Shown in pieces: positions 9,292-16,579 of a stretch of 24,333 bases of DNA. Numbering within the stretch: position 1 is the stretch's first letter; the number at the start of each line of letters is the position of its first letter. This DNA is from a virus (Duplodnaviria > Caudoviricetes), in the IMG/VR virus record IMGVR_UViG_3300030372_000818, positions 1-24,333 of that record; one strand, 5' to 3'. The position numbers and the translations under genes are program-made. The notes under the pieces are model-generated. The model searched no databases. It saw only the letters and a program-made list of their open reading frames with translations, and was not told where the DNA came from.

Positions 9292-10054
9292 TTTTTTAAA
9301 TGTAACTAATTTAAGCATAAATGACGTGCATACTTTTGTTGGTGGCTCTTCTGGCACTTCGGTTTCTTTAAATGATGCAGATATTAGAGCTATAACCAAT
9401 ACCCATCCAGAGTTTAATGGTGGTGGTCTAAATACTAGCTCTGGTACACAAATATCTATGGGACAATTAAGAGGTGCATCTGATATAGCAGTATCAGCAG
9501 GAAGCTATAGTAGTACAACACCTTTTACCCAATGGGGTGATGAGGATTGCACCACGTCTGCAACTGCTACACCTACTAGCTCATGTTCAGTAGTTGCAAC
9601 TTTACAAACTGCAAATAACAGAGTAGAGCTTGTAAGCACCTCTGGTAATTCAGTCGATGGCTTTACTCAACAAACAACATATATTAATTACACTAACTGC
9701 GAAGGTAATAGTGTAGATTTCCAAATCAAATGCACTTCTAATGCAACCATTGTAGACAATGGCGCAGGCTCAAGCATTACAGGAACTTTTAACAGCTTTA
9801 TTAGTATGACCAACGGATCTGCTGTCACTTTTGCTTGGGAAGCAGTAGCTAATTCAAGCAACCCTACAGCAAGAGTGCGTGCTACAAATCAAGTTGTATT
9901 CAATTTTAGAGTTAGATTTACCGTTGGTAGTGATAATCTATTTTTTCCAACATCAACAACCTCTGTTGATTCCTCTGGCAGATTGCTTGATTTACAAGCA
10001 AATCATGGTGGCGGTGGCGGTGGAGGTGCAGGTGGTGGCGGTGGTGGTGTATAA
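9278..10054 (+). CDS. Putative fibre-tip adhesin / receptor-binding protein with poly-Gly C-terminus
   Basis: N-terminus LSINDVH..VGGSSGTSVSLNDADIR...ISMGQLRGAS resembles fibre-capping attachment domains. Ser/Thr-rich beta body; ends HGGGGGGGAGGGGGGV; overlaps the fibre stop. Confidence 0.55.
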   Translation: MAVPNFLNVTNLSINDVHTFVGGSSGTSVSLNDADIRAITNTHPEFNGGGLNTSSGTQISMGQLRGASDIAVSAGSYSSTTPFTQWGDEDCTTSATATPTSSCSVVATLQTANNRVELVSTSGNSVDGFTQQTTYINYTNCEGNSVDFQIKCTSNATIVDNGAGSSITGTFNSFISMTNGSAVTFAWEAVANSSNPTARVRATNQVVFNFRVRFTVGSDNLFFPTSTTSVDSSGRLLDLQANHGGGGGGGAGGGGGGV

Positions 10055-10079
10055 TAATATTTTTTTAAAGGAGATATAA

Positions 10080-10352
10080 ATGGCAATAAGTAATACCGTA
10101 TCAGTCCAGAGGATTGAAGTTTACCCATTAGCAGATAGTTCTGCTGATGATACAGCAAATGCAAAACACCCAACATTAATGGTTGTATATAACAATACAT
10201 TAACTGGTACAGGTGCAGATGCAGGTCTTGATGGTTCTGTGAGCACACAGGTAAAGAACTTTACTAAGTATGTTGCAGATGGTGGCTCTGCTACCGATAT
10301 GACTGGTGAAGATGCGCTAGTGCAATCAATTGCAACAGCTGTGTGGAGTTAA
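10080..10352 (+). CDS. Hypothetical protein (90 aa), possibly fibre-associated or assembly protein
   Basis: Strong RBS AAGGAG at 10068-10073; C-terminal DALVQSIATAVWS; follows the fibre genes. Confidence 0.7.
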   Translation: MAISNTVSVQRIEVYPLADSSADDTANAKHPTLMVVYNNTLTGTGADAGLDGSVSTQVKNFTKYVADGGSATDMTGEDALVQSIATAVWS

Positions 10353-10353
10353 T

Positions 10354-10506
10354 ATGGAAAAAGAAATTAATTTAGAGGGTGTTTATCAATTAGCATTGCA
10401 AGAAAATTCTGAACTGCGACACGCATTAAGAGTCTTGACTGTAGCGCATGCAGAGCTAGAAAAAAAACTAGCTGATAAAGATACAGGAAAGAAAAAAGCT
10501 AATTAA
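10354..10506 (+). CDS. Small coiled-coil hypothetical protein (50 aa, not in the ORF track)
   Basis: Hand translation MEKEINLEGVYQLALQENSELRHALRVLTVAHAELEKKLADKDTGKKKAN*. GGAG at 10345-10348; fills the gap between neighbours exactly. Confidence 0.75.
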   Translation: MEKEINLEGVYQLALQENSELRHALRVLTVAHAELEKKLADKDTGKKKAN

Positions 10507-10509
10507 ATA

Positions 10510-10860
10510 ATGGAGTCTGCTGTAACAGTTATTCAAGAAGTTGGGTTTCCTATTGCAGCAGCACTTGGTCTTGGGTGGTTTATCTACAAACTCATAATGC
10601 GTATTGTTGATGGTATGGAGACAAAACTTGATACCGTTGATGAAAAAGTAGAAAGTCAGATTGCTGCAATAGAAGAAAGATTAGGCACAAAACTTGATTC
10701 ACAACATAAAATACTAGTTTCTTTAATAGACAGAGTAAGAAGTCTTGATAATGAAATTATTAGACAAGATACCTTAATTAAGACTATATTAGGTGTACCG
10801 CAATTAATTGATAGCAATAAAATAGCTAAAGCAAATAGAAATGACCAAAGAAAAGATTAG
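10510..10860 (+). CDS. Single-pass membrane protein with C-terminal coiled coil (holin-like/YvrJ-like N-terminus)
   Basis: IQEVGFPIAAALGLGWFIYKLIMRI hydrophobic helix followed by a heptad-rich region; overlaps the csgF-like gene by 20 nt. Confidence 0.6.
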   Translation: MESAVTVIQEVGFPIAAALGLGWFIYKLIMRIVDGMETKLDTVDEKVESQIAAIEERLGTKLDSQHKILVSLIDRVRSLDNEIIRQDTLIKTILGVPQLIDSNKIAKANRNDQRKD

Positions 10861-11329
10861 ATTACCATTACATTATAAAATTGTTATTGTTTGGGCAATT
10901 GTCATGTTTATAGGCATTGTTGCTACAAATGTAAGGGCAGACCAAATAACCTTTAAGTTTAAATCACCATCCTTTTCTGGTGTTAATACAAGCTCTCATT
11001 ACTTGACGATTGAAAACCAGGAACACATGCGGAAAATGACAATTAAAGAAGAGATCAAAGCTTTACAAGATGAGCTTGAGAGAGATGCAGAAAATACAAC
11101 TTTAGCTAGGTTTATTCGTAACCTTGAATCACGCATCTACGCACAAATATCCAGACAGATTGTGGAAAACATGTTTGGTGAAACACAATCAACAGAAGGA
11201 ACTTTTGAGCTAGAAGGTAATATTATTTCTTACAAAATAGAAGATGGCATGATTATTTTAACTATATTTAATACAAATGATGGGACAACAACTGAAATAT
11301 CTTTGCCTCTTGGCGATTTCTCTTTCTAG
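10841..11329 (+). CDS. csgF: Curli assembly component CsgF-like protein
   Basis: Signal peptide ending NVRA, then DQITFKFKSPSFSG (cf. CsgF mature N-terminus MTFQFRNPNFGG), FIRNLESRIYAQISRQI helix and a C-terminal beta meander ending TTEISLP. Adjacent to csgG. Confidence 0.85.
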   Translation: MTKEKIRLPLHYKIVIVWAIVMFIGIVATNVRADQITFKFKSPSFSGVNTSSHYLTIENQEHMRKMTIKEEIKALQDELERDAENTTLARFIRNLESRIYAQISRQIVENMFGETQSTEGTFELEGNIISYKIEDGMIILTIFNTNDGTTTEISLPLGDFSF

Positions 11330-12089
11330 TTGCGCTGTCTTTGATGTTGTCAAAGATACTAGACCTGAAAGGTTTGAAAGCAAAGGACTAAATAAATATT
11401 CAATATTTGACTTACAATCAAAAGAGCTTGCATTTGTAGAAGCTCCGATTGTAAAGCCTGTCGTTGCTGTCTATCCTACGTCATTTACTGATCAGACTGG
11501 TCAACGCAAAAGTAATAGCGAGTTTGCATTGTTTTCATCCGCTATAACTCAAGCACCACATACAATACTTATAAGATCTCTTAAACACGCAGCTAATGGC
11601 AATTTTTTTCGTGTTGTAGAAAGAGTTGGTCTTGATAATCTAACTAAAGAAAGACAACTTATAAGAAGTACCAGAGAGCAGTTGAGTGATGAAAATGTAC
11701 TATCTCCATTACTTTTTGCAGGTGTTTTACTAGAAGGTGCTGTAGTTAGCCTGGACAGTAACTTAGCTACAGGTGGTGTTGGAGCAAGATGGCTTGGACT
11801 AGGATCAAGCATGCAATATAGAGAAGATTCAATAACCGTCAGTCTGCGTATGGTATCTGTTGCTACAGGAGAGATACTAATAGAAGTGATGTCACAAAAA
11901 ACTATCTATAGTTATGGACAATCGCAAGATGTTTTTAAATTTATAGAAATGGGAACAGAGCTTGTAGAAGTTGAAATTGGGTCTGCTTCTAATGAAAGCA
12001 CTACATTAGCTCTAATGAAAGCAATAGAGGGCGCAGTTTTACAGCTTATAAAAATAGGGTACACTAGAGGGTACTGGAAATATGAATAA
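11277..12089 (+). CDS. csgG: Curli secretion outer-membrane pore lipoprotein CsgG-like
   Basis: Lipobox LSSC (Cys19). VAVY..FTDQTGQRK...FSSAITQ and FRVVERVGLDNLTKERQLIR match the CsgG motifs DETGQFK...FSTAVPQ and ERQGLQNLLNERKIIR. Also GGVGARWLGLG and LRMVSVATGEIL. Confidence 0.93.
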   Translation: MMGQQLKYLCLLAISLSSCAVFDVVKDTRPERFESKGLNKYSIFDLQSKELAFVEAPIVKPVVAVYPTSFTDQTGQRKSNSEFALFSSAITQAPHTILIRSLKHAANGNFFRVVERVGLDNLTKERQLIRSTREQLSDENVLSPLLFAGVLLEGAVVSLDSNLATGGVGARWLGLGSSMQYREDSITVSLRMVSVATGEILIEVMSQKTIYSYGQSQDVFKFIEMGTELVEVEIGSASNESTTLALMKAIEGAVLQLIKIGYTRGYWKYE

Positions 12090-12804
12090 ATTATTAAACA
12101 TACTTTTATTTTTGTCGTTATCTGTTGTATCAGATAGTGAAATTTATGTAGATCAATCTGGTAATGCAGCAAATATAGATCTTGAGCAACTTGGCTCATC
12201 TAATTTAATTGGTGGTACTTCTGCTGTTTCAGGCACAATGACTGCTTTAGATTTAGATGGTGTGTCGATGACGCTTGACATAAATCAAATAGGTAGCTCT
12301 AACATCTTTAGATCAGATGCTATTGATGGTGATAACTTTACAGGATTCTTTGAGTTTGATGGTGACAGTAATATTATGGATATACTTATGAATAGCACAG
12401 GTCTTATATCTGCTGACTATATAAACCTTAATATTGATGTCACAGGTGGCAGCAATGAAATTGATTTAGCTATAGCAGAAAATGCAGATTCGTCTTATTT
12501 AGATTTAGATTGGATTATATTAGGTGATAGCAATAATCTTGATTTTGACATAGATTATGCAAACGCAATTAACTATGTAAATATAAATGGTAGCTCAAAC
12601 GAGTTAGATTTTACTGCTAGTGGATATGGTGGTACAACATCTGCTGATTCTGGCTATTTTTATTTAGATTTAGATGGAAGCTCAAATGATATTGACATTA
12701 CGCAATCATCTACGCTGGCAAGGGATTATCTTAAAATTATTAGCAATACTTCTAATTCCACTATTTGTGTCGTTCAAACCGATCAAGGCACAACAGGATG
12801 CTAG
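12082..12804 (+). CDS. Secreted acidic curlin-like beta-solenoid repeat protein (CsgA/CsgB-like)
   Basis: Signal peptide; IYVDQSG, IDLEQLGSSN and LDINQIGSSN fit curlin QxGxxN; seven G[S/D/G]SN turns with alternating hydrophobic strands; directly after csgG. Confidence 0.7.
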   Translation: MNKLLNILLFLSLSVVSDSEIYVDQSGNAANIDLEQLGSSNLIGGTSAVSGTMTALDLDGVSMTLDINQIGSSNIFRSDAIDGDNFTGFFEFDGDSNIMDILMNSTGLISADYINLNIDVTGGSNEIDLAIAENADSSYLDLDWIILGDSNNLDFDIDYANAINYVNINGSSNELDFTASGYGGTTSADSGYFYLDLDGSSNDIDITQSSTLARDYLKIISNTSNSTICVVQTDQGTTGC

Positions 12805-13834
12805 TATTGGTGACATCTCTGAACTAAGAGGTAACGCAAAAATAATAAGGGATCTACCCTTAGATGCTGTTGTAGATTTTGATATACAAAGCAATGATGA
12901 AGCCATTACATCAAATGGACGTATGGCTATTACCTTTCTTGATGATTCTATTGTAAAGCTTACAGAGCATAGTCAGTTGCTTATAAATGAGTACGTCTAT
13001 AATCCAAATCCTGCAAAATCTAAAATGGCTCTTACCTTTGCTCTTGGCACAACTAGATTTATATCTGGTAATATAAACAAGCTTAACAAACAAAACATAT
13101 CGCTAAAAACACCAACAGCAAATATTGCTATTAGAGGAACAGATTTTACAGCTACAGTAAATGAGCTTGGTGAGAGTCTTATTATTCTCCTACCAGATCA
13201 ATATGGCTTGTCTAGTGGAGAAATAGAGGTAATTACAGCTACAGGAAGTGTCATACTTAATAAACCTTTCGAAGCTACTACGGTTTCTGTATTTGAAAAC
13301 GCACCAAGCAAGCCTGTGATCTTAGACTTATCTTTAGATCTTATAGATAATATTCTTATAGTTTCGCCACCAGAGGAGAAGGCGTTAGAGCAAGAGGAGA
13401 TTACAACACAAAATAAAAGTATTTTAGATTTTAATGATCTAGATATTGATTATTTAGAAGAAGATTTTTTAGACAATGAGGGTGATTTAGAATTTACCGA
13501 GTTAGACATTAATTATCTAGATGTTAATTTTTTAGAAGATTTGCTAGATATACTTGATGAATTAGAGATAAGAGAGGAGCAAGATCAGTTACAAGCTGAT
13601 GTTAGTTCAGTTGCTTTGTCAGGGACTAAGTTTGGTCAAGATTTAGATACGCAAATAACAACATTTATCACTGGTGAAAAACTAACAATCCTGAGAAGCG
13701 TAAATAACACAGCAAGAGTAGATATAGACTCTGGCGATAGCTATACAGTTATAATCATACAAGATGGCGTATCAAGGACTATAAAAATAAACGGTGGCAG
13801 CAGTAGTGTTATAAGAATTAAACAAGAAAACTAA
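12674..13834 (+). CDS. Exported FecR-domain protein with acidic linker (exact start uncertain)
   Basis: Signal-like KLLAILLIPLFVSFKPIKA; FecR signature GRMAITFLDDSIVKLTEHSQLLI...G..RFISG...LKTPTANIAIRGTDF; D/E/L-rich region and a small C-terminal beta domain. Confidence 0.88.
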   Translation: MEAQMILTLRNHLRWQGIILKLLAILLIPLFVSFKPIKAQQDASIGDISELRGNAKIIRDLPLDAVVDFDIQSNDEAITSNGRMAITFLDDSIVKLTEHSQLLINEYVYNPNPAKSKMALTFALGTTRFISGNINKLNKQNISLKTPTANIAIRGTDFTATVNELGESLIILLPDQYGLSSGEIEVITATGSVILNKPFEATTVSVFENAPSKPVILDLSLDLIDNILIVSPPEEKALEQEEITTQNKSILDFNDLDIDYLEEDFLDNEGDLEFTELDINYLDVNFLEDLLDILDELEIREEQDQLQADVSSVALSGTKFGQDLDTQITTFITGEKLTILRSVNNTARVDIDSGDSYTVIIIQDGVSRTIKINGGSSSVIRIKQEN

Positions 13835-13835
13835 A

Positions 13836-15587
13836 ATGAAAAAACTAATATTCTTAATTCTACCAATGCTTGCAATACCTTTAGTTTTTCAATGGACTTT
13901 TGTTGAGGTAATAAAGCTTAGAACTTTTGATGCTTTTGTAAAAGAATATGAAGAATCTGGTTTTTTTACAATTCTTAATATAACAGAGGAAGATGTAGCA
14001 AGAGAGGGTGGCTACCCACTACCAAGACAAAGGCTTGCAGAGATACATATAGAGTTATTGAAAAGAGGTGCTTTAGGTGTTGGATGGGTGCTAGCCTTTC
14101 CGCAAGCAGATAGGCTAGGCGGTGATGCAGCTTTTGCTGAAGCTCTTTGTTATGGTGGCTCTGTTTTAGGCATGTTTGAAGATGGCAGTGGCAATTACCC
14201 TCAAACGTCAGGCACAGTAATATTAGGCAACAACTCTATTGTTGGCATACAGTCTACAGGAGTTGTACAAAATATAGACACGCTTGCAGCTTGTTCTAAT
14301 CAAGGAATAGCTGTAGCGCCTGTTGAAGTAGATAACCTGGTAAGACGAATACCGCTTTTACTACAAACACCAGATGGTTTTGTGTCTGCTTATGGCACAG
14401 AGGTTATGAAAGTATTAGCAGGCAACAGCACTTATATTATAAAGACAAGTAATTCAGGCATAGAAGAGATTACTGTGCAAGGATTAACTCCTGTAAAAAC
14501 AGACAGTCTTGGACGTAAATGGATTTCTTGGGTTGATACCAAACAAACAACACTACAAGAAATGGATGTTGAGGGCAGATATGTTTTTGTCGGTTTTACT
14601 GCGGCAGGGGTAATGCCGCAAATAGCAGTCCCAAATAATTTACTTGAGCCACATAAAATACAAACTGCTCTTGCAGAATCAATCTTAATTCCTGACTCTC
14701 CAAGTGTCCCAGACTGGAGTTTTGGCTTAGAAATAGCCATATTTGCGTTTTTCGTGGCTCTGTCGTGGCTTGTGTTAACTTCTTTTGGGGTTACTTGGGG
14801 TTTAGGTATAGGCGCTTTTTTGATGCTTTCTGTAGCATCTGGTGGCTATGCAATGATTCAAAAAGGTCTACTGGTAGATGTTTCGTGGACTTTAATCTCA
14901 CAATTTATAACCAGTGCAATTGCTTTTTACTTACGCTTTAGAGAACAGTACAAACTAAGGCAACAAATTAAAAAACAGTTTGAACATTACTTAGATCCTA
15001 GACAAGTAAAACAATTACAAGAAAGTCCTGGATTGCTAAAACTAGGCGGTGAGAGAAAATATTGCACCTTTTTATTTACTGATGTTCGTGGCTTTACTTC
15101 TTTGTCAGAAAGACTAGAGCCAGAAGAGGTTACAAAAATAATGAATCAAGCACTTACCATTCAAGCAAATGCAGTCAAAGAGTTTGGCGGTATGGTAGAT
15201 AAATATATTGGTGATGCGATGATGGCTATATTTAATGCGCCTATAGATTTGCCTGGACATGAGAATAAAGCCATAGGAGCAGCATTGAAAATACAGGCAG
15301 ATATGGAGCAAGCCGATCTAGGTATAGAGATAGGTATAGGCATAAACTCAGGAGCGGCAATAATAGGTAATATGGGAAGCGACACACGCTTTGATTATAG
15401 TGCAATAGGTGATGCTGTAAACACAGCAGCAAGGTTTGAAAGTGCAACTAAGGATGTAGGCGCAGATTTAGTAATTGGTCACAATACTAAAAAAAATAGC
15501 AAATATAGGTTAAAATCTCTAAAGCCTATTAAAGTTAAAGGCAAAAGTAATAAATTAAAGATATATACTTATGAAAGCAATACTTAA
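13836..15587 (+). CDS. CHASE2-sensor membrane-bound class III adenylate cyclase
   Basis: N-terminal TM; CHASE2-like ILNITEEDVAREGGYPLPRQRLA and VDNLVRRIPLL; three TM helices; catalytic motifs FTDVRGFT, DKYIGDAMM, GIGINSG and FDYSAIGDAVNTAAR. Confidence 0.93.
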   Translation: MKKLIFLILPMLAIPLVFQWTFVEVIKLRTFDAFVKEYEESGFFTILNITEEDVAREGGYPLPRQRLAEIHIELLKRGALGVGWVLAFPQADRLGGDAAFAEALCYGGSVLGMFEDGSGNYPQTSGTVILGNNSIVGIQSTGVVQNIDTLAACSNQGIAVAPVEVDNLVRRIPLLLQTPDGFVSAYGTEVMKVLAGNSTYIIKTSNSGIEEITVQGLTPVKTDSLGRKWISWVDTKQTTLQEMDVEGRYVFVGFTAAGVMPQIAVPNNLLEPHKIQTALAESILIPDSPSVPDWSFGLEIAIFAFFVALSWLVLTSFGVTWGLGIGAFLMLSVASGGYAMIQKGLLVDVSWTLISQFITSAIAFYLRFREQYKLRQQIKKQFEHYLDPRQVKQLQESPGLLKLGGERKYCTFLFTDVRGFTSLSERLEPEEVTKIMNQALTIQANAVKEFGGMVDKYIGDAMMAIFNAPIDLPGHENKAIGAALKIQADMEQADLGIEIGIGINSGAAIIGNMGSDTRFDYSAIGDAVNTAARFESATKDVGADLVIGHNTKKNSKYRLKSLKPIKVKGKSNKLKIYTYESNT

Positions 15588-16044
15588 AAATATAGTTGGC
15601 GCAGTAGCACCGACACTTGGAACAGCGCTTGGTACTCCTATGGGTGGCATGGCAGCAAACCTCATAGCCAAGACTCTTGGTGTTTCTAATGATCAAAAAT
15701 CAATTCAACAAGCATTACAAAATGCAACGCCAGAACAAATGCTAGAACTTAAAAAAGCGGAGCAAGAGTTTGAGACACAAATGAAAGAGTTAGACGTTGA
15801 TATTTTTAAATTAGAAACGCAAGACAAACAACATGCAAGAAGCATGTTTAGTAAAGACTGGACAGCAAGAATCATTGGGTTATTCACTATAGGTGGGTTT
15901 TTAGGTTATATATTTTTAGTAACCTTACAACCACCAGAGCAAAATAGTGAAGCTTTAATTAACTTAGTTCTAGGATATTTAGGTGGATTAGCAAGTGCGA
16001 TCATATCTTTTTATTTTGGAGCATCACATACTAAAGAGGATTAA
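15571..16044 (+). CDS. Holin-like membrane protein (GTA-type 3TM holin-like)
   Basis: VAPTLGTALG.P.GG N-terminus, coiled coil, two C-terminal hydrophobic helices ending SFYFGAS; located upstream of the lysozyme. Confidence 0.65.
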   Translation: MKAILKNIVGAVAPTLGTALGTPMGGMAANLIAKTLGVSNDQKSIQQALQNATPEQMLELKKAEQEFETQMKELDVDIFKLETQDKQHARSMFSKDWTARIIGLFTIGGFLGYIFLVTLQPPEQNSEALINLVLGYLGGLASAIISFYFGASHTKED

Positions 16045-16045
16045 T

Positions 16046-16201
16046 ATGAAATGGTTTGGTAATATGTTGGCAAAAATGGGTTTAGTAGAATCAGAGCAAG
16101 TCAGAACTAGGGACAAAAAGGGCAGGTATATAGCCGATGATCCTACTACTGCAAAAAACGAAGCGTATAAAACTGTCAAGAAAAGAAAAAAGAAAAAGTA
16201 A
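16046..16201 (+). CDS. Small basic phage protein (51 aa)
   Basis: Start reassigned to ATG 16046 after GAGG at 16036-16039. MKWFGNMLAKMGL...RTRDKKGRYIADDPTTAKNEAY...KKRKKKK; TAATG coupling to the next gene. Confidence 0.7.
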   Translation: MKWFGNMLAKMGLVESEQVRTRDKKGRYIADDPTTAKNEAYKTVKKRKKKK

Positions 16202-16578
16202 TGTACGAATACAAATGCACGCTGCGGTCTGTAACCGATGGTGACACCATACGCCTAGAAACAATTGATCTTGGTTTTTCTGTCTTACTGTATAACAAGG
16301 TAGTAAGAATAGCTGGTATAGACACTCCAGAATCACGCATAAATACAAAAAGATACCCACACAGAGCAAAAGAAAAAGAACTTGGCTTATTAGCAAAAGC
16401 AAAGTTAAAAGAATGGCTTGTAGGTGAAATAACTATAAAGTCCTACGGTGTTGATAAATATGGCAGAATATTAGGCGATGTGTGTTGTGAAAAAGGCGAT
16501 ATTGGAGATTTGCTTAGAAAAGAAAATCTTGCAGTCGATTATGACGGTGGCACAAAAACTAAAGTCTGGGGAGAATAA
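16201..16578 (+). CDS. Thermonuclease (staphylococcal nuclease, SNase family)
   Basis: DGDT, VRIAGIDTPE and DKYGRILG catalytic motifs; no signal peptide. Confidence 0.92.
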   Translation: MYEYKCTLRSVTDGDTIRLETIDLGFSVLLYNKVVRIAGIDTPESRINTKRYPHRAKEKELGLLAKAKLKEWLVGEITIKSYGVDKYGRILGDVCCEKGDIGDLLRKENLAVDYDGGTKTKVWGE

Positions 16579-16579
16579 T

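Noticed and set aside
12674-13834. Classical FecIRA iron-uptake signalling
   Set aside because: No ECF sigma factor or TonB-dependent receptor; the architecture is signal peptide + FecR + acidic tail beside a CHASE2 protein.
13836-16578. Cyclase + TM protein + nuclease as a Pycsar/CBASS-like defence system
   Set aside because: The cyclase is a CHASE2 membrane sensor with adenylate-type residues, neither neighbour shows a cNMP-binding domain, and the TM protein looks holin-like.
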